A stretch of 64,000 bases of DNA from Dudresnaya verticillata. Lineage: Eukaryota. The translations under genes and the position numbers were made by a program. Under the pieces are notes generated by a model. That model saw only the letters and a list, made by a program, of their open reading frames with translations, searched no databases and was not told the origin of the DNA. The stretch lies in contig OZ374557.1 in NCBI GenBank assembly GCA_977862235.1, forward strand, positions 124,001-188,000. Direction: 5' to 3'. Shown here in pieces: positions 1 to 12,400 of the stretch. The number at the start of each line of letters is the position of its first letter. Within the stretch, counting starts at the first letter, position 1.

Positions 1-133
1 CCTTCACAAAAATCACCAAGTGCGCTGCCCTGTCGTCCATCCTATCCTCTTCCACCTGCTCACTTCCCGTCGAACAGTGGGTTGTTCGCCTTACCCGCTC
101 TTCCGACCCGTCTCGCGTCTAAAAAGTGGGGAG

Positions 134-482
134 TGTAGAAATATAGTGACAGTGACGACTCGACGGCTATGCCACGTAATGCTGACTCTCCTCCTTCAAG
201 GAGAGTCAAGGCTACCGCGTGAGTCTTTCGCTGTAATTCTTTAGCTGCCCTCTCCCCGGCTCCGACTAGCGGAACCGGACTGGCAAAGCGTACTTAAGAT
301 GCTCTCGTCTGCCGGCTAGCGGCAGACAGACACACACAGAACAACACGCTCAGCTCACCTAAGTAAAGGTCCTTCTACCCTACGACTTGTCGCCGTCCGC
401 ACTGCGCGCGCCCCACCGAGGCGCCCCGTAGCGAAACCCGACCAAGTCGCCGCTACCGCCCACCACCGCCTACGCGGTTACA
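134..482 (+). mobile_element. Probable 3' LTR of an LTR retrotransposon whose body lies left of the window
   Basis: Purine tract AAAAAGTGGGGAG (121-133) is immediately followed by TGTAG; the segment ends in TTACA at 482. No second copy is in the window. Confidence 0.5.
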
Positions 483-499
483 GTTCGCGTGTTCCGACA

Positions 500-1305
500 C
501 TAGCACGTACAGCATGGACTGCCATTAATTTGTACGTTAATGTTTTGCGTCGACTGGGGGGGAGTCCCGCCACTGTCCCACACCCTGAGTCAATAGAGGA
601 AATTGGGGAGGGGGAGGGCTGCATCCATATAACGATTGTCTGAGGTGTTAGCCCCTCCTACAGCTTCGCGCGCTGGGTGGGCCAATCACAGTGCAAAGAC
701 CCGTCCGGGAAGTTGCGCGGAAATCGGCTCTTTTGGCGCACTGTAAGTCTACAGTTTTATCCGTTAAAATCGCTTTTGACCGTTTTGCCGCGAAAGAGAC
801 GCACGCCTGCAGATCCTGACGCCGGTTGCGTACGAGAAGACGTTGGTAATGTAGGAGTGGGCCCTTTGCTAGCAGAAATGCTTTCAAACCCTCCGCCACT
901 GTCCCCACGCCGGACTGTTGCGCCGATATCCTCTGGGATTCTTGCGTTTTTGCTTCCCCCCTTTCCCCTTCAAGACAAAATCAAACAAATTGCATACTAA
1001 ATTACATCGACATCTGTCGACAATCACAAACCGGACCCCTTTACATACAGAACGAACGCGGCGCGCAGCGCCGCCCGAGCCGAAGGCGCGCCTCCCTTGT
1101 AGGAATAATAAAGGAAATAGCAAGGTCACGTGAGAATGGCTTTTTGACCAAGTCCGGGTCTACGAGTTGATATTTTCCATGCAGGCACGTGTACACACGC
1201 TCTAGCACGTACAGCATGGACTGCCATTAATTTGTACGTTACTTTTTTGCGTCGACTGGGGGGGAGTCCCGCCACTGTCCCACACCCTGGGTCAATAGAG
1301 GAAAT
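500..1305. repeat. Pair of ~104-bp direct repeats (500-603 and 1202-1305)
   Basis: CTAGCACGTACAGCATGGACTGCCATTAATTTGTACG...TCAATAGAGGAAAT occurs twice with only a few differences. Confidence 0.9.
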
Positions 1306-1978
1306 CGTAGAGGTACACTCCAGTCGGTCTTTTCTGGGTAGATGGGGTCTACGGTGTACCTCCCTCAATACAGCCAACTGAACGCATATTGCGAGAGTGT
1401 GGCGACAGTCCATATTGCCACGCATAGCCGCTGTCCGTGCTTCCGCGGCGTGCGGCCACCGCGCGCAACGGCGCACTCATTCAAAATAGAAGCTCGCCAA
1501 GATGGAACAGCCGCGGCACGTGCCCGCACGTGTCCGTTCAACAGCGCGTCACGATCACGCTCAATCATTATGGCAATTACAATCGGTTCCATGAAATTAC
1601 CTGGGAACGGCGCGCTTGCCCGTATGAGCGCCCCAGACCAGGCCCAGAAGCAGGCGTGAACGGACGGGCAACAGTGCGCTGGCCCGTATGGGAGCCCCAG
1701 AGCATGCTCAAGACGCAGGCGTAGATGCCACTGGTTTAAAATTTGATGTGAGACGCATGCGTCGGTTCGGTTCACTGTAACTATTACCGTTCGGGCTTTT
1801 TCAGGCAAAGACGGTGTACGACGTTCACGTACGATATTTCTTCCGTTGCAGGGCCCTTTCTCGACGACCGGATACCCCTTCACCCCTTCCCCCCACCGCG
1901 GCCCGTCACAAGGACGCCGCCTGCTTTCCAGTGTACCGTGCACACGCTTTGCTCCTTCCCGCTACAGGCAATTCCCAC

Positions 1979-2890
1979 ATGCCACGCCGTCAGCACTCAA
2001 AAGCACCGAAACGTGCTAAGGGTTCTCAGTCTCACCGACAAACCCCTACTCCTGCACCACTCGCGTCTGACACGGGTAGAGCGCTTGTCGACCCTACGAC
2101 CCCCACAACTGCGCAACGGCCGACTCCGCGTCCGGCTCGTACGAACTCGCCGCTCCAGACCAACACAATCAAGAGAAGAAGTACGGAAGCCGCCGAGAAG
2201 ATTGCCCATCGGGGGCTCGAGGATACAGAAGACCTACAAGCAGCAGAAGTTTCTATCCCGCAGGCAACCCACAACACGGCAGGGCACCGTGATACCAACG
2301 TTCATCCGGAACGCCGTCGCCAGTCTCGAGGACGCCGAGACATCCCGCGCACTTCTACAGGTGGGAAGCATGCGTCTCAAGGTTTTCAGACATCGGCGGC
2401 TGCTGTTAGCGACGAGGAGGCAATCACGCCAGTTCTGAGTGTCGATCCAGAACGCCGCCGACAGTCTGCACGCCGTGAGGACACCCACGCTACTTCTTCG
2501 CGTGGGAGGAATGCGTCTCAAGAAGCTGTGCCCGCAACCGCCGCTGTCATCGAAGTGAATACTGACAGCGAAGAAGATATGATCGTTCCCGTTTCCGATA
2601 AGCCCCAAGCTACGTCGAAGGACAGTGCGGGAAAGCTCCCAGAACGTCTCGAGCCGAATCCCGCGTCCGAGCTCGCATATGTTGCAGTTTCTATTTCGCG
2701 TAGATCGAAGGCAATGATATGCCCGACGAAACTGGTGCATCACATTCCAGATTTCGACGCTCTAGTTCGTGGAATTGATGTCGCTGAGCTTCTTGCTTAT
2801 ACGACTGACATGGTTCGTAATGGATTCCGCCCGTACGAGCCAATTCTCCTTAGCGAACCCATGTTTCATGAAACTGCAAACTGTGGTGCA
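1979..2890 (+). pseudogene. Truncated ORF of unknown function: disordered N-terminus, then the start of a globular (possibly ParB/Srx-like) domain
   Basis: Within ORF 1814..3007; internal duplication PERRRQS...ASQ; after ~2890 the sequence is antisense gag of another element. Confidence 0.4.
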
Positions 2891-3700
2891 CGGGGAGGTG
2901 AGCCCTTTTTCGCTGACCTTCGGCAGCGGCCTTATCTTCTCCGCTACTGCGGGTCGGGTGGTCGGAAGCAGACCACGCAGGAACTGATGCGTCACGTTTT
3001 CGTCTGAGTAGACGCCGGCACAGTCATCTGCGTAGCCCTCTATACGAGAGGCGAACTCGAGTTCTGACTCGGCGTCCCACTGCCTAGCGGTGGTCAGTCG
3101 GTCGTGCGCGTCGGCGATCACATCGTCGGTGACGAAGCTCTCGACTAGGGTATTGAATATCGAGGCCCAGCACGGGGGGTTCCGCGACTAGTCGCCCGGA
3201 CCCCCGAGAAGAGGTGACTTGAATATACCTGGGATGTCGTTCCGTCTAGGAACCAGGACACCACTCGCACCGCTGCGCCTTCCAACAGGCCGACGCTGTT
3301 GAAGGCTTGGCGTAGCTGCCTAGTCACGCCAGGCAAGCGGATGGGCTCCTTGCCGTCGTAGCGATCTAGCCCCGGCATAAGAGACTTCACCCTGCAGACA
3401 ATCTTGGCGGTGGTGCCATTGCAGACTTTTTGCTGATTGTCCCACTGCCTTATGTCGTCTAGACAATAGGAGCAGTAATCACTCGCCTTTGCGAATTCGG
3501 GGACCAAGGTGCTCAACGGCTCGAAGCCTGGAATCAATGGTCCCCAGTGCCAGTAGGCCGACACTATGCCTTCGTGTGGTGAGGAGCTAGACGCCCCTCC
3601 AACTTCGCGCCCGTCGAGGGCGCGTTGCAGTAGCTTGGCGTTGACCCCGTAGAAGGGGTTGTCATCTATTGTAGGACGAGGAGCCCCTTTCCCACTCCTA
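2890..3700 (-). pseudogene. gag: Ty3/Gypsy gag fragment
   Basis: ORFs 3145..3564 and 2762..3121 (YDGKEPI...LLEGAAVRVVSWFLDG; DRLTTARQWDAESELEFASRI...FLRGL) align with element A gag (FNGSDPV...MSEAQAFVALPYFLRG; LRSTAQKQGEDETTYGMRL...YIDGL). Confidence 0.75.
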
Positions 3701-3719
3701 GGCGGAGAGACCGTTGGAG

Positions 3720-4380
3720 AAAAGGGAGTTCGCTAAACCTTCAAAGGCAGCTCAAGGAGTGAAAATTGTGGAAAACCTGGAGGAGGTTTAACGACGCATG
3801 CCCCCTCCCCAAAAATGCGCCTTCCAGAACCTGTGTTGCGACCCGACACTGTGGATAGCCTGGAGGGTGATGGCTATGATGAATTATGTCTACTTAAGAA
3901 GCAGAACTACACAATGCATCTGTCATTAGGGGTCTAGTCATCACAGATGATGTCCGCCCGAGGTGTGATTGATTCTGGCGTCGGACCCAATCTGTTTCAT
4001 GTTAAAATGTTACCTAATGGTTGGGAGAAGCGAGCCAAACCCCATAAAGAAACCACGCGTAGTATCCTCGACGCTTCTAATAATCGAATATTACCTCTAG
4101 GAGTCATCCCCTTATATATCCGTGTCGGTAATCTCTACACGAGGACCCATGCTCTGGTTATGGCTAATATGCCTGCCGAATTTACACACGGGACAGCCTT
4201 CATTGACTGACATGTCACAGCCATCATGCCTGGACCCCTAAGGTTACTTTTGAAGGATGCTCCAGCAGTACCCATCCTCAGTGTTCCATTGGATGAAGTA
4301 CTGTAACCGACGACAAACAACCAACGGTATCTACCAAAAACACTGGTTTCCCGCGTTTCAGAGTGTACTTTCAAAAACAA
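3720..4380 (+). pseudogene. pol: Ty3/Gypsy gag-end / aspartic protease fragment
   Basis: IDSGVGPNL...ILDASNNRI retropepsin motif (cf. LDTGAGPNF...IADANNKAI in element A); GGAAAAC slippery-type heptamer at 3770-3776; in-frame stops. Confidence 0.8.
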
Positions 4381-5914
4381 ACTGAAATAGAACGCTTCAA
4401 AAGCACATGTGTTGGAAAGGGGAGCGTTCCCTGCACACGCTGGTGCAAATGGAATAGAAAACTAAGCAGCAGTTCTCGAGTTATGTCGGTTTACGTGCTA
4501 ACCCGGCAGCGGGTCTGAAAGAATTAATTTTGCTATTATTCCTGATATTTTTAATTCGGATTTTGAGGTAACCTAGGCTATTTTCGTGGGCGCCTCACCG
4601 CGCAGTATACGCTGCCCCAACAGTGCAGAACTACTCATTGGTTCAATGCCGCTCTCCCCATGACATGAAGGGTACTGCAGTACTGCCATGAATTCCCTTC
4701 CCGGACTCACTCCGGTGCAACTTCGCGCATTCGTCAACCGGCAACTGCACGCTACCTCTCTATTGCCATGCACTCTCTGCTCTTCCATAGGCTTCAGGAC
4801 CTGCTCTGCGCAGTCGCACTCGTCCGCTACACTCTCCCTCCTCACCGACACATCGGCTCGTTGTCCTCCGCGACAACCAAAAATCCCACCCAAGTATTGT
4901 AATCCCTGTTTCACCAACGTTACAGCATGTGCTGCACAGTGCGACCGCATTCATGTAGCGCTCTTCCCAGTGTGTACTGTCCTCTCCGTCGACCTACTTC
5001 ATGTGGTTTGGACCTGGCTCCGGTAGTGCATTTTGTCCCACGTTGTCGTGAATTCGACGTGGTCATACATGAGACCTCGTTCCCCGCTCCGGACACCTCT
5101 TACTTCACCCGTGCGGTTCCCTCTACATGTAGTGACCTGCAGTTCGCCAGACACCCGGTCAAATCCACAATCGCCCATTTCTAGCCGTGCAATTGAACCA
5201 CAGTGCACTCAACGCCGTCTCCCGTAGTAGTCCGCACCACGGTTCCTTACTTGCACCCGTTCCCCTCTTCAAGCGCCTCAGCATGATAAACATACACAAC
5301 CGCTGCCGTACTCACTTTATCTGTAACCAACACTCCTCAACTACCTTTACCCGAAACCTCAGTCCGCTTCAAACTCCGGGTCTTTTTCATCCACCTCCAC
5401 CGCCCACCACCCTAACATAACCAGTATTCCCTCCAGCACCACCTTTACCGCCTCCCCAACTGCGACGGCATCCGCTATCATGACCCGTGCCCGCTCCACC
5501 AAGTCCAGACGAAGCCATATGGCGTCACTGGTATGACGCCTAGTTCGCGCCCGAGCTTCTTCTAGCTCGGTGCGCAGTCTCCGTACCTCCAACACCAACA
5601 CTTCCGGTGCTTCACCGCAACTCTCCATCTAAGTCGTCCCCACCAACCCCCAAACGGGCACTGTGTCACTCCCTTTTCTAGACAGAACCGGGCACTATTC
5701 TGAAGTTTAGTTGACCTCGTTTACACCAACTCTGCACACCTTTTCCCTATAGCGATACCGCTGTAACGTCGGGAATCATTAGCATACAAACCGTTCTTGG
5801 TCCGTAGTTGTTATTATTTTTGTGGACGCGGCGAATCCCAATCGATGGGACTCCCCGGTCGAGGCATGTTGACAATGTTCATTCTTGAGATTCTGCGTTT
5901 CTCTTCATGTACTT

Positions 5915-6779
5915 TGTGGTGCAAGGGGAGGGCTGCCCCTTTTTCGCTGTGAGCGTATTATATCCCATCGTCTACCGATGGCACGTCAACCGCCGTTGGC
6001 GCGCGAACACGTCATAGACGATTGGCCCACGGGCATACGGCCGCCGTTACCCCGCGCGGCGCGGCGCACGCGCCCACTGTACGGCCAGATCCGGATACAC
6101 GATCCCGATCGGCCGGGCGCAAGGCGCCCGCCTGTAAGCTTGGCCCGGATCCGGATCGGATCCGGATGGGACATCGAGATCCAGCATCCGAATCTACAGT
6201 GATGTAAGGAGCGCGCCTGTAATGGCCGCGCGCCAGCAATGCTGGCAGGGATCTGGATCCGAATCCGGATTCCCCACGCCGCTACACGCATGCGTCTGTA
6301 AGCTACCCCTGAGCTCCCGCGCACGCGGCTGCATGGCGACGACGACGTGTCAGACACTCGACGGCGCGACACGCGTCCTGAGTTCCCGCGCACGTCCTGA
6401 GTTCCCGCGCACCGCACCTGCCGCCGTCGCTCGCGTAGTATATTAGGTAATCCGTCTGAGACGCTGAGTAAGCCCCGGACAAGCCGGCCTTGGTCCAGAC
6501 TTCCCCGTTCCGCGCACGCGCGTACCCTACCGCTGCCTACGGCTAAGCGTCTACCTCCCGTGCTTCCACGTCTGCCATCGTCCTTGACGTGCTCCCTTTC
6601 TGTTCCCTTTCCCCGTCCTTCACACCTTCCGCCTCGGGCGTCTCCAGTCCGCCCAAGGCGTGTTCCTTTGCTCTACCACCAAGTCGCCCACGGCGGGACC
6701 ACCCCTCGCCAAGGGCGCAGCTACCCACCGAGCCCCGAACTGCTCGGCGGTCCATCGTCTACAGACGCTTTGCACCACA
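5915..6779 (+). repeat. 5' LTR of element A (865 bp)
   Basis: Termini TGTGGTGCAA...TTGCACCACA (10-bp inverted repeat); PBS follows after 2 nt; homologous to the LTR of B. Confidence 0.9.
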
Positions 6780-6781
6780 TC

Positions 6782-6799
6782 TGGTCTCCCGACCTAGAA
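6782..6799 (+). promoter_or_regulatory. Primer-binding site, probably tRNA-Tyr
   Basis: TGGTCTCCCGACCTAGAA is the complement of a tRNA 3' end with A73, G72 and C61; identical in B. Confidence 0.8.
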
Positions 6800-6905
6800 T
6801 TGTGCTACATTTCAACGAGTTACTCTGTCGTGCGACGTCCGACCCTCCGTCTTCAGACGTTTGTCGCTAATCGTCCACGACGTGTAGCAACTCTACGATT
6901 TTATC

Positions 6906-9437
6906 ATGGCCTCACGACCGCCGCCGTCGCGAGGCCCAAGTTCAAGAAGACCGTCTTCGAGGCCTTGGGGTGTACCTGCGTCAGAACGGTCGCTACAGCG
7001 GATGACAACGAGGTCTGGGCGCTACCCCAGGGCCACGGCCACGCAGGCTCCCACGCGTCGCTCAACGGAGGAGAGTTACCTCCCCCGCCGACGCGCCACA
7101 ACCCCGTCGTCGTCCGCAGTCCCCGAGGGATCGGCCCTCCGCACCTACCGCTCCTATGTTGACTCGGCTGATACAGTACAAGCCGAGCAACAGGACGTCG
7201 TAGACGGAACACAAGCCGACATCGTCGAGGGACAACCGGAACCTCCGGATCAACCAACCAACCACGTCAACGACGATCAAGGGCGCTCCGCGGAGCGCAA
7301 CGTCGCTGACGAACCATTGAAACAAGGGGCATGTTGCCCCACCCCCCACGGCAGTGCCGGTTGTTCGCCGGCTAAGCCGAAGTCGCCAAGTCAAGGGCGC
7401 AAGGGACGCCCGACCGGTCAAACCGCGAAAGCCAACCGCCAACGGCGTCACCCTCGGCCGTTCGCGTGAGTAACTTAACGATACCACGCGAACGGATCCG
7501 AGAGGTGTGCGTCTTAGAGGACGATGCGATGCTCGCTCGATTCGCCGGGTTGCTGGACGACAGTGTCGGAGGAATCGCAAGTCGTCTACAGACGTTGGAA
7601 GAGGATCGAAACGGCGCCCTACGAGGACTTCGATCCGACCTCGACCGTCTATTGACGAACCAAAACGCCCCAGGCGAGGGTAGACAACCACCGCCGGCAG
7701 TAACGGTTCATTCGAATTCCGAGCTTAGCTCACGCGAACGCTTTCAGCGACTCGCGACTCGCTTAGAGCGTCTCGAAACCGCCAAGTGGCGCAATGGTCC
7801 ACCGTCGGGTGACGAGAGCTCATGCGAGGATCGTCACAGACGTAAGGATCGGAAGAAACGCCGACGCAAGCTGCGTCAAAAACGGAAGAAGAACCGTCAT
7901 CGACGAGGGGACTCATCCTCGTCCTCTTCGGACTCGTCAAGTGACGGAGAGTGATGGAGAGTCATGGGACTCTTCGTCTGAAGACGACGACTTCCCGACT
8001 CTCGGTAGTGCCGCAAGACCTCGCGGAAAGCGGTTCAAGGGGTTCAAGGAGCTACGCCCCTCCAACCCCCTTTTCGATCAGTTATTATCGTACAGGATGT
8101 ACCGTCTCAAATACGTAGGGCAAAAACGCTCGGGGCGCGATACGGGTAAGGTCAAGGACCATATCAAGCGCTTGGAACTGACCATGAAGGACGCCGCCTT
8201 CAACGGCAGCGACCCCGTCATGGTCCTCGAGTTCCTGACGCGTTACGCGGATGAAGCTGATACGCTGGAGATGAGCGAAGCCCAAGCGTTCGTCGCGCTG
8301 CCGTACTTCTTGCGAGGTGCGGCAGCCACGCAATTCTGCTCCGTCAAGTCGACGTCTTCTCGCCATCGCGGCGGGGTGTTTTCGTATCCGGAGGCGGTAC
8401 AGTACCTCCTCCGTACGTATGCTACGCCAGCGGCGATCAGGGACGCTGTCCTCGCCCTACGGTCGACTGCCCAAAAGCAAGGCGAGGACGAGACGACCTA
8501 TGGGATGCGGCTAGCCGGTGCGTGCATTCGTTGCGGTAACGTATATCCCGATTGGGAAGAGATGACGCTGTACATCGACGGGTTAGACCCGTCGATCAGG
8601 TCCCTGCTCGCTCGCTTTCGAGAAGAAACGCCAAGGGCGGAGTTGTCATTTGAGCGGCTGGTCCACTTCGCACAAGACGAAGGGGATGCCAACCGCGCAC
8701 GACACGGCAGGGCCGGTTCCGCGTCAGCCCGACGTGACCTATTGACACCGGCTCAAGCCGCACGCACACCGCGATCCGCCATCGGCGATGCCCGAGGTGT
8801 ACTGCGTCCACAGACGAGAGGCGCGAAGCCTGGAGCGCGCGCTGTGATAGCGGAGTCCTCCGTCGAGTTTCGAGACGTTAGTCGCCCTGTCGATGACATG
8901 GAAACACACGCCGAAGGCGATCTGTACTTGGCAGACGAGCAAGCGTCGGTGCCAACCTCGGCCCTACCGACGGACAGCTACGTCGATGAAGAAGACGAAA
9001 GGGATATGGACCCTGCTCTCGCCTTTGGGCGCTCGGTCGTACCAGCGCCACGCGTCCCCTATTCCGAGTATGCTCCCCACGTCCACCGAGCAAGGCCCGG
9101 ATGGCAGGGCAGAGGCCCGCCCCGTCAAGACGCGCGTCGGCAGCTGGTATGACACCAATGCTACGCCTGCGGACACATCGCGCCGGACTGCTTCCTCCGC
9201 ATGAGCGACTTCATGAAGGTTCTTACCAACTATGAAGGACTAACCGAAGCCGAAAAGGCTGGTGTCCCCGCTGATGCGTATATACGTTGCAAGGAACGCG
9301 CGACCCGCGACGCTGCTCGCCGTGCTGCACGACCACAATCGCCACGAGGCGGACCCATGCCGCACGCGGCAGAACGTCATCCGACGATGATCAATCGCTA
9401 TGAAGCGCCACAACCACCGCCGCAGGCGAAAAACTAA
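6906..9437 (+). pseudogene. gag: gag of element A (frameshifts; nonsense codon at the first Cys of the CCHC knuckle)
   Basis: Start MASRPPPSRGPS is conserved in B; ORF pieces 6906, 7466, 7794 and 9201; knuckle reads *HQCYACGHIAPDC versus intact CHQCYARGHIAPDC in B. Confidence 0.9.
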
Positions 9438-12400
9438 CTCGGGCACCAACTTCTGACACTGGGGTGTCGCACCACGACGAGAGGCCTAGGCCTCGGGTGC
9501 TGACACGGAAGGAGGGCCCGAAGTTAGTTACCAAAGACGCCAACGGGCGGATAGAGTCGTCACAGACGTCATTAAAACGCCCATGGCGAAGGTACCAGCC
9601 CCCCCAAACGCGAGGGCAGTTGTTCGTAATGGCCAAGAGGAACTATAAGGTGTACGCCGATTTGGGCGCAACCGTTAGTACCTTGGCACGTAAACTCACT
9701 ATCCTCGACACGGGGGCTGGTCCGAATTTCATTCGCATTGACGACATTCCGCTGGAAGCGCGACCGCGCATCGTGGCAAAGAGCCTCCCCGTCATAGCCG
9801 ACGCCAATAATAAGGCGATCCAGACAAGAGGCACCATCGACCTGGTCGTTCGTCTAGGACGGAGGGTCGTCAAGTTGGAACTGATCGTTTGCGAACGACT
9901 CGCTGCGCCGGTTATACTTGGCTGCGACTTTTGCGACCGCTTCGTCGAAGCAATGTATCCGCGAAGTCGCGAAGTTGAATTGGATGACTGGACTCGCGTC
10001 CCTATAACGCGCCGCCCGCTGCGCCGACCCCCGTCGTACCCTCCGTTACCAACGGAACAGGAATACGGCCAGGCCGAAGGGAGGACCTCACCCAAGATCC
10101 GAGTCGCCGAGCGCGCGATCATCCCGCCTAAGGCGCAGCAATGGGTATCGGTGACCGCCGAGCGCGCCGGCATCATCACAATTCAACCGTTGGGAACGCT
10201 GTACGACAAACAAGGTCTGGCCGTTACGAACGGGATTGCTCAAGTGGAGCCGCTAAAAGCGTTTCGCATTCTGGTTGCCAACTTCTCTCCCCGCCCTCAG
10301 GCGCTGGCCAAGGGCCAAGTCGTCGCGACGGCGTTACCACATCCGACAGCAGTGTTCCCCAGTCACGTAAGTCTAGCCGATGTTTTGGGCCTCACCGAGG
10401 AACAAGCCGAGGAAGAGAAGGCAAACCAAGATTTCCGTTTTCAAACGAACGATAACACTGCGGCACAGCCGGATACTTTCACGAAGTCTATCGAGGCAAC
10501 CACTGCCAAACCTCCGTCAGTAGACGATTTGGACCTGAGCCATCTCCCCGCCGAGCATCAAGGCCGGCTTAAGGAGATGTTGCGCAAGTATTCGTCTATG
10601 TGGGACGGTTCGTTGGGAGAAATCTCAACCACGGAGCACTACATCGACTTGCTTCCCGGCTCTAGACCGATATCGTCCCCGCCCTACCGAGCGGGGCCGA
10701 AGCAAAGACAACTCGCTCAAGCGGAAGTGGACCGCATGCTGCGTCAAGGGGTTATCGAGCCCACAAAATCGCCGTGGGCATCACCAGTGGTCTTCGCCCC
10801 CAAGAAGGACGGGACCCTCCGCTTTTGCGTAGACTACCGTCGTTTAAACGCAGTAACCATACGGGACACGTACCCGCTGCCGCGTATCGACGAATGCATC
10901 GACAGTCTAGGGGAAGCAAACGTCTTCACCACCCTAGACTGTAACAGTGGGTACTGGCAAGTTCCTATCAATCCGCGAGACCGCGATAAGACTGCGTTCA
11001 CGTGCCACGCCGGACTGTTCCGCTATAAGCGTATGCCATTCGGTCTCACGAACGCACCCGCTACGTTTCAATGAACTTTTGACATACTGCTCGCTGGTTA
11101 CAAGTGGCGTTCGTGCCTCGTCTACCTCGATGACGTAATAATCTTCTCCAGCGACATCGACAGTCACTTCCGTCATGTTGACGAGATCCTTTCGACATTG
11201 CACCGCGCCGGGGTGACTCTGAAGTTGACCAAGTGTGACTTCTTCACCCCGACCGTCAACTACGTAGGACACGTCATACGTCCAGGGCGGTTAGACGTTG
11301 ACCGAACTGTCACTGCCGCGCTACGCGAAGCCAAGCATCAACGGGATCAGAAGGAGCTATGGAGTTTCCTCGGTCTTCGTAACGTCTACATACGGTTCGT
11401 CTCGCGATACGCGCATGTCGCTGCCCCCCTCAACAAGTTTCTGAGGAAGGAACAGGGCTTCTGGTTACAACCGTTTGATGAGATACAAGCCAAAGCGTTC
11501 AGTACGCTCGTCGAGGCCGTGACTCATCCGCCTATACTGGCGCTACCACAGCAGGGTCTCCCCTGTTCCGTCGATTGTGACGCAAGCGAGTATCAGGTCG
11601 GCTGCGCTCTCTTTCAGACGCAGCCCGACGGGGAACGTAAGCCGCTCGGCTTCTGGTCCCGCTCGCTCACCGCTCCAGAGCGTAACTACTCGGTCTCCGA
11701 AAAGGAGTGCCTCGCAGTAGTATGGTCCGTCATGACGCTGCGACCTTACCTCCAGATGGAGTCATTCACAGTCCATACGGACCATTCGTCGTTAAGGTGG
11801 CTGATGGAAATCAACGACCCCTCTGGACGGTTAATGCGGTAGCGCCTTCGCCTTTCGGAGTTCGACTTTGTCGTGAAGTACAAAAGGGTAATTGAATACC
11901 TAGGCAGATGCCCTTTCGCGTCTACAGACGAAGGGAGAAACCGTCGAGCCCATTGACGATGATATACCGTGCTATCACGGAAGCTACGTCGAATACGGCC
12001 ATCAAACGTCACAAGACGATCCGTCAGACGCCGAAGGCGAGGTCGACTTCGCCGAACGAGATTTCGAAGAGTTCGACCAAGTGTTGATCAACAACACGCC
12101 ACCGGCGGATGAGGTACTCCTTCGTAAAGTGACTCATGAGGAGTTGGTACACGCCCAAGGCGATGACAAATACTGTAACGATGTCAAGAAACGTCTGGAT
12201 GACGGAATCATCCTACCGTTCGCAACGGATGAACAGGGCCTGTTGGTCCGAACAGTGGAAGTCCGTCCGCAAGTGGTCGTACCCTCCGCGTTACGCGCTC
12301 GCTTACTCCACCTCCGGCACCACGCCAAGTTCGCAGGACACCCAGGGGGCGTAAGTTGTATCATACGCTTCGACGCGAATACTATTGGCCAGCGATGCCA

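Noticed and set aside
1814..3007. 397-aa ORF as an intact gene
   Set aside because: Chimeric: the last ~40 codons are antisense gag of a different element.
4573..5690. Minus-strand ORF pieces and a PPT-like AGAAAAGGGAG-TG near 5668-5680
   Set aside because: No recognisable motif and no matching LTR end, so it cannot be assigned.
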